The notes: generated by a model from the letters alone, not told the origin. Counted from the first letter of the stretch, positions 42,402-53,964 are shown. The stretch: DNA of 64,000 nt from Tubulanus polymorphus (GCF_964204645.1 NC_134027.1:3876485-3940484); one strand, 5' to 3'. A program made the numbers and translations.

Positions 42402-44510
42402 GTTAGTATAATCTATATTTGATTGCTAATGTCTGCTTTTCATCAGATTGGATATCTGAGCTGTGTTTGATCCAAAAATGAAATTTCCATAATGCTCTTG
42501 AAGCTTCAATTTGCATCATCGATCAAAATGAATTCAAATCTACTGACACGCGGATTTGGATATTCGGCATATAGCTTGAATTGTAAAATATAAATAGTCT
42601 CTAAAATCCGGTGCTTTTATCACGAATCGAATACGTGATGGCGCAGAGAACGATTCACTTTGCATCATACGACATTTGACGACGTATTCGAAGACACGTT
42701 TCGTGTCAAGATTCTATAACGTGTGACGACTTTTAATTCGTGAGAAAATCCTGTCGTTACTATCGACGCTACGCACGTTTCTTGCTGAAAATCTGTTTGA
42801 AGTTGGCGTCTGGATCTTCGTGCAATATAGCTCACATCTTTCCGATTAGATTTTCCAGATATTAAATAATTTTTGTATTTGGTATCAATTAATTTTGAAG
42901 TGTGCGCGCAGAGAATCGATGAGTCTGCATGCGTGCGTGTTTTTATGCATTTTGATTAAATAGTTTATAAACTTCATATTCGTATTGACGGTTCTACGCG
43001 TTTAAGCCAGACCTTACGTGACAGATTTTTGTCATCAATGCGTTTTCGCTGTTTCTTAACTCATAAAAATGGATAATAAAGAGGTTTTCCGCCACGTGGA
43101 TATACGACCACGGAATCTGTTTGCTAATGCGCTGTTATCACAATATTTGTCTTTTACTTTAGATCGTCGTGAAATGATCGAATAGAATGATTGAAAGAAA
43201 ATATGGGGAGGAATACTTTGAGATGAGGAGTAATCGATACGATAGTGGTAGCATCATGATGATTACTCCCTGTGGAACTAATGACAGAAAACTGAAATGT
43301 CTTTTATGATATAAACTAGATTAATCGCAAATTTAATTTCGTTTCTCGTCTTTCCTTTTTCTAACAACTACCGTGAAAATTAGGTTATTCGCCCCTTTTA
43401 CACGAACGAATGAAAATGAAGGAAAACATATTAAAGTATTTAACGTGTTTTACTAGCGAATCACTTCGTTATATGTTGCAGTTGAATTGTTCCCTGAAGA
43501 TCAGTTCCCAGTATCGTATTTCATGTTTAATCACAAACAGACGTTGTGAAATAGATACCATTATATACACCGAAACCGAAAATGATATTCTCCAGAAGAA
43601 ATTAAAAAGTCGTCGTGGAATCTAAAAATTAGCTCGCATCGTATTAAATTCGTGAACGTACCAGAGGAACTATGCGTAGAATAGCGAAGATATACTGAAG
43701 AAAAATGAGAAATGTTCGTAAGCCTGATGTTATCAGAGCGGTGCAGATAATAATGATATTCATGTAAAATCCTATTTAGTCATTATTTCAACATTACAAT
43801 ATGATACAATATAGTAATTGTAGGTATTATGATGTACACGCGTATATATGCATTGACAAATCTATAGGAACAATATTCCATTATCGTAAAAAGAAAATAA
43901 ACGCTGTCAAATGGTACAGAGAATGAGATGAAAACAACGCCATATCCCATACTGAATATCAAAATTCCCCATAGAAAAAAGCAAACAACGCCTGAACGGC
44001 ACGGGAAAAGACTAACTACTGATTAGCTTTTCCGACTTGCATTCTCGTGGTCGACTGTGGTAAGAGCTCAACCCTGGCTTCTGTTATGGGACAAGAAAAT
44101 CTAATTATAGGCAATTAACGGGAGAGGGACCCCCTTGACGTCGACGAAATGATCGATCTGAGAACAATAAGGTCAAGGATGTATTACGATACTTACGTAG
44201 GTCGTAACATATCTTTTCTGGCTTAAAACAAAACGCCACGTTTGCGTTTTAGAGCAGATTCTCTTGCCGAGCGTATTATGTTCAATCTGCCGTGGATTGA
44301 GTCAAATGTCAAGCTGTAATCCGGCCAAGAAAAAGACATTTTAGTTTTTCGCTTTTTTTCTGACTAGCGTGTAGTCACGTGACAGGAAACCAGAAGTCGA
44401 TAGGGCAAACGTTAGTTTTTATTGCCCAGAAACGGATACTGGTTCTGAAACGAGCTAGTGGACACGCGCAACTTTGATCACATCGTTCATTTCAGTCACA
44501 TCAGCATTAT

Positions 44511-44787
44511 TGTCGGTGACGCCATTCAGTTTGACACAATTCTTTCTCTAGTTTATAGTTTGAACCGCTCTTATCAGTACACTTTCATTCAGGCATTACG
44601 GTAATTCGACTCCCTTTAGATAAACGACTATTTCCAGGCATCACCCACGTCTCTCTTTCCTCTGCGCATGCGTATATAATCATAACCTTATAGTTTTAGT
44701 AAAATAAATTCAGTTTATCATATGGAAATTCATGAGTTAGATCTGATCAATTAATAGTCGCCACTCGGACGGCCAGAGTCGACGACA
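44511..44787 (+). repeat. 5' LTR (277 bp)
   Basis: Identical by eye to 50725-51001. Contains TATATAA (44673-44679), AATAAA (44703-44708) and 5-bp terminal inverted repeats. Confidence 0.98.
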
Positions 44788-44788
44788 T

Positions 44789-44806
44789 TGGTGCCGTGAC
44801 CAGGAT
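44789..44806 (+). promoter_or_regulatory. Primer-binding site complementary to the tRNA-His 3' end
   Basis: TGGTGCCGTGACCAGGAT, 1 nt after the LTR, is the reverse complement of ATCCTGGTCACGGCACCA, the invertebrate-type tRNA-His(GUG) 3' terminus (recalled from the Drosophila sequence). Confidence 0.9.
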
Positions 44807-44902
44807 ACTAATCATCATCATCAATACACAACGCAATGCATTAATGGATAAAAAAGTCAACTAACTCAAACGAAGTCAAAAGTTAAGAAAATTCAATTCA
44901 TC

Positions 44903-47900
44903 ATGACGAAGATCGAACAACTCATCAGAAAAAGAGAATCAACCATCGACGCATTTGATGCGGAATACTCTGTTATTCTGCAAATAATGCAGCAATCAAC
45001 GGTAACCGAAGACCAGGGGACTGAGCTCGAAGCTCGCCTGGAAGAATTACAAGACGCACACGAAACACGGGAAAACGTTTCTAATCAAATCCAAGAGATG
45101 ATTAGAAACGACGACGACTATAAAAACGAAACGAAAACATCAAACGCAAGACGATCAGAAGAACGAGTTAAACTTCTGAAAACCAAACGATATATTGAAA
45201 ACCACACGAAGTCTAAACAACCCGAAACATCAACTGTCCGGGTAACAGACGACAATGATCATCATCAATTTACGGCGAGATTACCTAAATTGAAACTGCC
45301 TGTATTCGACGGAACTTACACCCAGTGGACAGCGTTCTGGGAAACGATTGAATGCGACGTCATCGCAGGAAAATTCAGCGATATAACAAAATTCAACTAT
45401 ATCGTCGGTCAGCTTCGGGGAAGCGCCCTCGAAGCAGTTAAGGGACTATTCGCATCCGGCTCGAATCTCGAGACATTGACATCAATTCTGAAAGATCGTT
45501 TCGGACAAAATCGTAAAATTGTTCGAGCGCATATTCAGGAAATCTATGATATTCCATCAACAACTTCGAACTATTCAGGACTGTCACAATTTCTAAATAA
45601 GATCAACGCGAATGTAAGATCATTAAAACATCTGGGCGTTGACGTTAACGCGTGTGCACCATTCATCATAACATCGTTAGAGAAAAAACTACCGCGTAAT
45701 CTATTAGAAAAAATGGGCACATGCGGTCAAAAAGATAACTTTGATCTGGATAAATTCATTAACACATACGAAGAGTGTCTCGACAATCTGGGTGAAAATG
45801 TAAGTGAAAAATCTCTACAGTACCAACATCAGTATCGAAATTCGAGACCCGGTACTGCGACATCATTGGTATCCGTCACTAAACAGACACAGTTGAAATG
45901 CACATTTTGTGACGGTGAACACTACCCAACAAACTGTCAACTACCAATCGAAGAACGTCTTCAAAGGGTAATCGAAAGACGATTATGTCGAAACTGTCTC
46001 AAACCAAATCATCAAGCAAAGGACTGTCAAAACCGCAATCGCTGTAAAATATGCAAGAAGACACATCACACGTCAATTCACCGAGATCAACATCAACAAA
46101 CCGTCTCCGGATGTACATTCGTCAACCAAGGTCATGCGCTGGATAAAATCGTTCAAACATCGGATATAAATAATGTCAAATCATGCGAGGATATGAATTT
46201 CAGTATCGATTTCGGAAAATACGCATTGGATACTACCAACATGGTCAGTAATCAAAATCATGATTATCAAAATGAGGTTGTGTTGCTGCAAACGGGGCAG
46301 GTGAGTATTGAATATCACAATCACACTTTGGAAGCCAATACCCTGCTCGACAATTGTTCCTCTATGTCATACATTCGCTCCGCTGTTGCCAAAGCTCTCA
46401 AATTGGTACCGTCGTACCAACTATCGAAAAAGGTAAATGGTTTCGGTGGCCATTCTACGAAGCGCGTATTTGATATGGCACCCATAGGCATTAGAACATC
46501 TGATGGCGTTAAATTCATCGACGTAGCTGTCACTGATGAGATAATTCGTCCCATCTATCGACACGGTTGGGCTGATTGTCTAAAGTACGAACAAATCTCA
46601 AATGCAAACCTCGCAGATAACTTCAAATCCGAGGTATTCGTGGTCGATTTATTAATCGGTACTGCCCATCATCATCTATTCTTAAAGAACAATCTGGAGG
46701 ACGTACCGGACGGTCCCCAGTTACAACACACGAATCTCGGTAGTTTCGTTTTCGGGCCCTTACACAGGTTGTTAACCCCTATTGATACAAATAGGTCTAG
46801 TACAAATGCATACACGGTAAGTACCCTTACAGACTCATCAATTAACAATCGGGAACTGTTGGATGACCAAAGCATAGGAGACTATCTACACCAAAACATA
46901 GCTGAGTTTCCCGGGGATAACACTTTCGATCGAGAAAGTTTCATAACGCAGTATCAAGGTAAGATAGAGTATAAACATGGGTGTTACTGGGCCCCACTCC
47001 CATGGAAACATGAACATGATGAGCTGGGTACCAATCTGGAACAATGCCGGGCTAGATTGTTTCAGATCACCAATCGTCTCCAAAGAACCAATCGACTTGA
47101 CCAGTACATAAAAGTAATGGAAGAACATCGCAACCGAGGTACAGTATCTGAATTACCAAACCCTGATTCTGTCAAGGAAGGGGATTGTTACTACTTGCCA
47201 CATTTCCCTGTACTAAAGGAGAGTAACACAACCCCTTTACGGATCGTCTTTGCGGCTAACGCAGGCTCCCCATCATTAAACGACTGTCTGTATGAGGGTC
47301 CAAATATGCTCATTGATCTACCTACCCTCATAATGAAATTCAGAATTGGTAGAATTGGTTTGTCGGCAGACATAGCTAAGGCATTTCTATCAGTTAAACT
47401 ACAGGAAGGCGACAGGAGGTATGTACGATTTCTCTGGTACAAGGACAATAACCCAAACAATCCGATCGTTCCTTACCAACACAATACCGTTATTTTCGGT
47501 TCTACTGCTAGCCCGTTCATGCTAGCGGCAGTGTTGAATAAGCATTTGCAACTGAGCGATTCTTGGATCGCAGCGGATATGATCAACAGATTTTACGTTG
47601 ATAATCTACTCACGAGTGTGATGTCAGAGGTCGATGCTCTGTCATATTATCAATCATCGAACAAAATTCTCAACGACGCAGGTTTCCACTTACGTCAGTG
47701 GGCCTCGAACTCGAAACAGGTAAGCGATGCAGCGAAAATCGATGAAATTCAGTACCCCACAGAAGAGGTGTCAGTTCTAGGAATGAGCTGGAATACTAGA
47801 ACTGACCTCATTTCGTTATCTCAGGCTCAGTTGGTTACAACAACAACAAATACTAAACGGTCTGTAGTTTCGCAAACAGCCTCGGTTTATGACCCACTTG

Positions 47901-50299
47901 GCTTAGCTGGCCCAGTTATCGTATTAGCTAAGATATTTATCAACAAACTGTGGCTGACTGGAAAAGACTGGGATGACAGGTTATCAACAGAAGAAACGGG
48001 TGAGTGGGATGTCATTAGGTCAAATTTACGACAGACGAATGAAATCATAGTGCCGCGTTGGCTTGGTATGGACACCAATCAGAAGGTACATTTCATGGTA
48101 TTCTCCGATGCTGCTCCGAATGTAGCCATCGGCTGTGTGGTTTATGCAAAACAAGGTGGAAATGTACAGATTATAGGTTCTAAAAACAAAGTCGTGTCCA
48201 AAAACAAATCCGGATGGACTGTTCCAAAGTTGGAGCTCGAAGCGATGACTATGGCTGTCAAATATGTAAACACAGTCATAGACGCATATTCATCACAATT
48301 CAAAACAATTGAGGTAAGATATTTTACCGATTCAACTATAGCTCTGTGTTGGCTGAAATCAAACAAGGATTTGACCCAATTTGTAAAGAATCGAGTCGAA
48401 AAGATCAAGAATGGGAGCCTTGTGGATCGCTGGACGCATGTGGCTTCAGAACACAATCCGGCTGACATCATTTCTAGAGGCATGTCCTTTGACAATCTTA
48501 GAAGATCTATGTGGTTCACAGGCCCTCAGTGGATGCTAGCCTCTTTGGCCCCTCCCGTTGCTAATGAGGATATCGGGGTCACAATCCTCGCAGCAGCAAC
48601 AGAATACGAAAATGAATTCATCACTCGAGAAACGCAAGATTCCGACAAACAAGGTATTCACAACATTATTGATGTCAACGAATTCACTGATTGGACCAAG
48701 CTCATAAAGGTTATAGCGTTGGTCAAGCGAGCCTTTAAAAAAGGGCTAACACACAAACGATGTCAATTGTCTGCTGCTGACATGTACTCAGCTGAAATGA
48801 CACTGATACTTAGCCACCAACGTAGAACATACCCTGATGTTTTCAGATACATCGAAACAAACAAAGGTAAGTGCCCTGCTCTTGTTAGGCAGTTAGGTAT
48901 CGAAAAAGACAAACATGGTGGTTACCTTCGTTGTGTAGGTCGACTTAAGAATGCGAAACAGGTAAACCCACTTCTCATTTCACACAACTCATACCTAGCT
49001 ACGCTCATCATACGCCAATCTCACGAAAATGTCCTACACTACGGTGTTGGTATGACAATATGCGATGTTCGGAAGCGATATTGGATCTCGGCGGTCAGAT
49101 TCGTTGCCAAGAAAGTTCTCCATCGATGCGTAACATGCAAAAAGCTGTACGGTAAGCCCTATACCGCCCCTGACCCCCCACCTCTTCCGGACTTCAGGTT
49201 GACCAATTTCAGGCCTTTCTCCGCCACTGCCGTGGATTTCACTGGCCATTTGAATGTCCGGAAAGGGGTGACAGAGGTAGGTAAATGTTACATATGTTTG
49301 TACACGTGTTGTACAACCCGTGCGGTGCATTTAGAAGTGGTTAACGACCTGTCCGTAGATTCTTACATACGCTCGTTTCGACGTTTTTGTACGGCCTATT
49401 CGACTCCAAATATACTCTACAGCGATAATGCGAAAACCTTCGTCGCGGGGGAGGCCGAAATAAAGCGTTTATTTGAAATCGCAAATTCGTCTCAATCACA
49501 AAACCATTATGCTGAAAAGCGTGTTGCCTTCAAGTATGCTCCAGTCCAAGCCCCTTGGATGGCGGGAGTTCACGAACGGTGCGTAGGTACGATAAAACGA
49601 GCTGTCAAGAAAACGCTTAAGAATGCTCTCGTTACAATTGAAGAATTACAAACGCTTGTTAAGGAAATTCAGGCTATAGTAAATAATAGGCCCCTAACTT
49701 ACGTCGAAGAAAAAATTGACGAGCTAAAACCAGTCACTCCTAATTCGTTAATCTATGGACGTGACGTCGAGTTGATACCTAACGAAGAAATCGGGGAATC
49801 TGAAATATTTGATGCGGATTATTTGAACAACACGAGCATAACGTTGCAAAAGATGGCCTTTTATAGAGCCAAGCTCATTACTGATTTTCAAAACCGCTTT
49901 AAATCTGAGTACCTAGCGGTACTCCGCGAACGACATAGAACTGAAATTAAAAAGCGACATCACAAAAAGGCCACAATAAAAAACGGAGATGTGGTAGTGA
50001 TTAACGACAAAGACACTCCTCGTCACAAATGGAAACTCGGAATTATTACCGAAACCCTCGAAAGTAGTGACGGTGGTATCCGCGCGGCTAGGGTCAAAAC
50101 CATCAACGGAACAACTTGTCGAGCAGTGTCAAAATTATATCCACTTGAATTTAGTGTAGATGTGATTGTGAAACAAAACAAATCAGCAGCTGACAAACCC
50201 AAACCATTAAAAAGACCCTGTCGTGAAGCAGCACACAAAGCTCGAGCTAAGATTGCTCAACTGGCGACTGATAGTGATCATGATTCGGATTCGACTTAG
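44903..50299 (+). CDS. BEL/Pao Gag-Pol polyprotein (1798 aa)
   Basis: Gag: LPKLKLPVFDG (DUF1759-type) and knuckles CTFC..H..C, CRNC..H..C, CKIC..HHTSIH. Protease: LLDNCS. RT: YYLPH, ADIAKAF, FGSTASPF, YVDN. RNase H: FSDA, PKLEL, TDS, NPADIISRG. Integrase: HHCC plus VDFTG, SDNAKTF, GVHER; C-terminal WKLGII (DUF5641-type). No stops or frameshifts. Confidence 0.98.
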   Translation: MTKIEQLIRKRESTIDAFDAEYSVILQIMQQSTVTEDQGTELEARLEELQDAHETRENVSNQIQEMIRNDDDYKNETKTSNARRSEERVKLLKTKRYIENHTKSKQPETSTVRVTDDNDHHQFTARLPKLKLPVFDGTYTQWTAFWETIECDVIAGKFSDITKFNYIVGQLRGSALEAVKGLFASGSNLETLTSILKDRFGQNRKIVRAHIQEIYDIPSTTSNYSGLSQFLNKINANVRSLKHLGVDVNACAPFIITSLEKKLPRNLLEKMGTCGQKDNFDLDKFINTYEECLDNLGENVSEKSLQYQHQYRNSRPGTATSLVSVTKQTQLKCTFCDGEHYPTNCQLPIEERLQRVIERRLCRNCLKPNHQAKDCQNRNRCKICKKTHHTSIHRDQHQQTVSGCTFVNQGHALDKIVQTSDINNVKSCEDMNFSIDFGKYALDTTNMVSNQNHDYQNEVVLLQTGQVSIEYHNHTLEANTLLDNCSSMSYIRSAVAKALKLVPSYQLSKKVNGFGGHSTKRVFDMAPIGIRTSDGVKFIDVAVTDEIIRPIYRHGWADCLKYEQISNANLADNFKSEVFVVDLLIGTAHHHLFLKNNLEDVPDGPQLQHTNLGSFVFGPLHRLLTPIDTNRSSTNAYTVSTLTDSSINNRELLDDQSIGDYLHQNIAEFPGDNTFDRESFITQYQGKIEYKHGCYWAPLPWKHEHDELGTNLEQCRARLFQITNRLQRTNRLDQYIKVMEEHRNRGTVSELPNPDSVKEGDCYYLPHFPVLKESNTTPLRIVFAANAGSPSLNDCLYEGPNMLIDLPTLIMKFRIGRIGLSADIAKAFLSVKLQEGDRRYVRFLWYKDNNPNNPIVPYQHNTVIFGSTASPFMLAAVLNKHLQLSDSWIAADMINRFYVDNLLTSVMSEVDALSYYQSSNKILNDAGFHLRQWASNSKQVSDAAKIDEIQYPTEEVSVLGMSWNTRTDLISLSQAQLVTTTTNTKRSVVSQTASVYDPLGLAGPVIVLAKIFINKLWLTGKDWDDRLSTEETGEWDVIRSNLRQTNEIIVPRWLGMDTNQKVHFMVFSDAAPNVAIGCVVYAKQGGNVQIIGSKNKVVSKNKSGWTVPKLELEAMTMAVKYVNTVIDAYSSQFKTIEVRYFTDSTIALCWLKSNKDLTQFVKNRVEKIKNGSLVDRWTHVASEHNPADIISRGMSFDNLRRSMWFTGPQWMLASLAPPVANEDIGVTILAAATEYENEFITRETQDSDKQGIHNIIDVNEFTDWTKLIKVIALVKRAFKKGLTHKRCQLSAADMYSAEMTLILSHQRRTYPDVFRYIETNKGKCPALVRQLGIEKDKHGGYLRCVGRLKNAKQVNPLLISHNSYLATLIIRQSHENVLHYGVGMTICDVRKRYWISAVRFVAKKVLHRCVTCKKLYGKPYTAPDPPPLPDFRLTNFRPFSATAVDFTGHLNVRKGVTEVGKCYICLYTCCTTRAVHLEVVNDLSVDSYIRSFRRFCTAYSTPNILYSDNAKTFVAGEAEIKRLFEIANSSQSQNHYAEKRVAFKYAPVQAPWMAGVHERCVGTIKRAVKKTLKNALVTIEELQTLVKEIQAIVNNRPLTYVEEKIDELKPVTPNSLIYGRDVELIPNEEIGESEIFDADYLNNTSITLQKMAFYRAKLITDFQNRFKSEYLAVLRERHRTEIKKRHHKKATIKNGDVVVINDKDTPRHKWKLGIITETLESSDGGIRAARVKTINGTTCRAVSKLYPLEFSVDVIVKQNKSAADKPKPLKRPCREAAHKARAKIAQLATDSDHDSDST

Positions 50300-50712
50300 T
50301 TGGGAATTTACATTCGAACGTGTTTAAGTTTACATAAAAATTCTTATGTTGAAAATTGTGTGCATCTCGTTCAATCTCGCATATATTTTAGTTTAGCGTA
50401 GATTAGTATTAGATTAAATAGTTTGTTATATGTTACATGTTCAAATGAAATCAAAGTGTATCGGTGATTACATATTCGTGGATTATTTCAACGCGCGCAG
50501 CCATGACCTATGGAATGGAACACAGTGACCTACAACCGTGGATAACTCATATCACCGGATGATATAAACATTAGTAATTTTAATCACGCCAGTAACTGTT
50601 TACGCGTTTACACCTGGAACTTTAATTGTTCAACTACAAATTGCATATGCGGATATTATAAAAAGACACTAGAACTGCGCTGCGACTATTTCATATCTTG
50701 TACCTATCTTCC

Positions 50713-50724
50713 GGCGGGGGAGGA
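50713..50724 (+). promoter_or_regulatory. Polypurine tract
   Basis: GGCGGGGGAGGA directly abuts the TG of the 3' LTR. Confidence 0.92.
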
Positions 50725-51001
50725 TGTCGGTGACGCCATTCAGTTTGACACAATTCTTTCTCTAGTTTATAGTTTGAACCGCTCTTATCAGTACACTTTC
50801 ATTCAGGCATTACGGTAATTCGACTCCCTTTAGATAAACGACTATTTCCAGGCATCACCCACGTCTCTCTTTCCTCTGCGCATGCGTATATAATCATAAC
50901 CTTATAGTTTTAGTAAAATAAATTCAGTTTATCATATGGAAATTCATGAGTTAGATCTGATCAATTAATAGTCGCCACTCGGACGGCCAGAGTCGACGAC
51001 A
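50725..51001 (+). repeat. 3' LTR (277 bp)
   Basis: Identical by eye to the 5' LTR; followed by the TSD ATTAT. Confidence 0.98.
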
Positions 51002-51855
51002 ATTATTGTCATGTGTATATAATATATAAACATAGCTTCATTTTATCGCAAGATGTATTCCTTTCAGTGCGGCCCATAAGCATGACCTTATTTCAGCAAC
51101 AGCTCTGATTTCATGCAGCTCTGATTGGACTCGTTTACGTTCGGAATCATACAACATTGTTCGTACCCTTCGCTGATTCGCCGTTTTTAAAACAAATGTC
51201 ATTTGAAGGGCGTATTATTGACAAAACGTCGAAGCTTTAATTCACCATCATCTTCAATCTGAACATGTTTAAGTTGATCGTTTCCCACGTGAACTGGAAA
51301 TAGAGCGAAATCGCGATCATTGGTAATGGCTTTTTACTTGAGTGCTTCTCAATGAAATAGTCGTACGTTTTCCGTGTTCTGGAAGGTTTCCTCTCGTGAT
51401 TTGGTTCAAGGTCGATGTAATTGTACGGGTTGATTAATTGATATTCTTTCCCTTTTCATTGACACGTGTGATAAATTAACCATTTAATTGCTCATTTAAG
51501 CGACAGATTGCTCGTGAAAGGAAGATAACAAGATCAAGAAAGGCTATCAAATCAATCTTTGATTCTATTTAAAAAAGTACGCTTTCTTCTAACTATTGTC
51601 AGATACAATTTGTACACGTTTTCATATGGAATTTATATATGAATGTGCAAAAAATTCGATTTGTGACTAAACTTGAAAAAAGCATGGACCTCAAAAAGCA
51701 GAGCGATATGTATACAAAAGATATACACTGTTTTTCTGTGTATTCCTCTAAATGGAGGTAAAGACGAATCGCTCGGGCGTCGTGATGAGAGATATGAAGA
51801 CATTATCGTTTCAGCGAAAATTGTGATAGGATTTAATCCGAAACCCTTTAATTAA

Positions 51856-52145
51856 CCCTTTCAGTGCTGACACATCAATACCCTATAGTGCTGGAGATAA
51901 TTTGAAAATTTTGAAAAATTCCACCCTATTGTGTTGAATAACGGAATACCACTATAGTGCGTCATCTACACCGCAGCGCGGTGTATCGTTAGTAACTAGT
52001 ATTTCACTATGTTTGACAAGTGCTGCCATTTTTAAAGAGAGATAATTACTAATTACTAATTAAATCAATACACCGTAGTGCGGTGTACTCGCAAAATCCA
52101 TCATCGATTCATACACCGCACTGCGGTGTAGACGCACTGAAAGGT
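51856..52145. mobile_element. piggyBac-type MITE (290 bp)
   Basis: TTAA on both sides (51852-51855, 52146-52149). TIRs CCCTTTCAGTGC / GCACTGAAAGGT (11/12, terminal base mismatched). Three internal 19-bp palindromes. Confidence 0.85.
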
Positions 52146-53964
52146 TTAACTTTCTAAGTTACTGGGACAATAACATACGCGCATATCTAAAACCAAAAAG
52201 TCCATTAACGGGGGAAGTTGACAACCACACGTGAATCAGTGCAATAAGTGATGATACCGTTATCAACGATTAAAGTGTTTCAGCCTACGTACTTCTGAAA
52301 AATCTGTTATTAATAGCAACATGAATACTTTGATGATAATGATTTTGTATCTTAATATAGCGCAATATTTACCACGTAATAATAAAGTGCACAATCTGTG
52401 CACTTTACGTAAAATGAAAATAGGTCGAAATCAAAAATTCTTTCATGGGAGCAATACTGAACATGAAAATTCCAATTGGATAAAAAGTTTAAAGGACATG
52501 TTTTCAAATTTGAATGAAATGATTCGACTGTGAGATTAGATCTTCGACACTTGCAATATGTCAATTTGTATCACTTCCTGAAAAAGATAGGGTTCCAGTG
52601 TAATTCCCATTCACACGTCGTACCCGTTCAAACATATTTAAGTCGCATGTGAAGGTACTATTTCGCAAAATCCTACAGTCATCTTGACGATCGATGATGA
52701 TTTTTCATAAAGATCGTTAAATTGGGGGGAAGCACGAAGAAAACGTTTGCAGACTTCAGATGACGTTGATGACAAGGGAATCTTAGTTACAGTGAGGTGC
52801 AATTAAGATTAGTTTTTAGTGGTTTTCCTGTTACGTTGAAGAACATTAATCAATCGATTAAGTTTGGGCTGTGTGGGTTGAGCCAGCTATCTTCAAATTC
52901 AAGTAACCTACAGAATACAATCACTAGAAATTCAATACAAACTGAAGTAGCGCATACGACATGATATTCTTTCTTCTCTAAGTCATTCTCATGGCAAACA
53001 AAAAGAATTGAATTTGAAAATTTTGCGGCCGTCTCGTTTTTGTTACGATCTTTAAATGTCATGTCTCTCAGTTTGACATTAAATCGCCCACCTATGTCTC
53101 TTACAGACGATGGAATCAGTAGGAGTTTCAGAAGTACAAGCCAATCATAAAACTTGGCTCAGTCGGTATTTTACAGCGTCACTCTGTGACTACCTTACGC
53201 AAGCATTGAACAAAGAAATACTTCCTTACAGAACAATAATTCATCTATCGTGGATGGATTTTTGTGGTAGCATTTCCTCCAATAATTGAAAGATGTTGAT
53301 AATTGATTCCAAGGTAAAACCTGTGTGAGTGTTCTACCTTAATCATAAGTGTTATATTTCGTATTCAACTGACATTCCCTCTCCGAGCCATGGTCGTAGT
53401 AGAAGCCCTTGATAAATCGCTGATTGATTACTTCTGTTACGGATGGGTGTCGGGTTTTTTTTATGACAAAAGCAATCTGCTAGCGACGGATAAGACGAGA
53501 GAAAAAACATCGAATAGTAAAAACACTCAGTTTAGCTTCATCGATTTCGGGCGACGTAACTACGTTTAACTGGGTTTCCATATACGCAGATGTCCGATTC
53601 GCCGTTGTAGCTAATTTTCATCAGCCTCAACTTATCTTCGATTGTTTGGATTGTGTTTCAGATTTCTTATATCATTATATACCGCAGTTATTTTACTAAG
53701 CAACCTGTACATTTGATAAATAGTATCACGGTCATGATTTTTCAGAGATATTCTTACAGGCGTTTCTCTCCAATGCAAACCTTCGATCAGAGAAAAGAAA
53801 AACATGAGAGCATGTTAGTGATTTTATGGTTTCGTTTACTTATACATCAATCGGGAACGAACTATGCATGAAAATGAATAACAACACAAGAAATACAGCG
53901 AAGCACATACGAACGGATGCCAGAACTAAACGGCGCACTTTCCACTACAAACGACAATAGATAA

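Larger units (their letters stand above)
44511..51001 (+). mobile_element. Full-length BEL/Pao (Belpaoviridae) LTR retrotransposon, 6491 bp
   Basis: Two 277-bp LTRs (TGTCG...CGACA), 5-bp TSD ATTAT (44506-44510, 51002-51006), PBS, PPT and a single gag-pol ORF in PR-RT-RH-IN order with a triple zinc-knuckle Gag. Confidence 0.98.

Noticed and set aside
46321-50238. Antisense ORFs within gag-pol (and likewise those overlapping the FOG and TRHR exons)
   Set aside because: Shadow ORFs of real coding sequence with no recognisable motifs.
51960-52135. Spaced palindromic repeats superficially like a CRISPR array
   Set aside because: Eukaryotic context, irregular spacing, no cas genes, and they are explained as MITE internal repeats.
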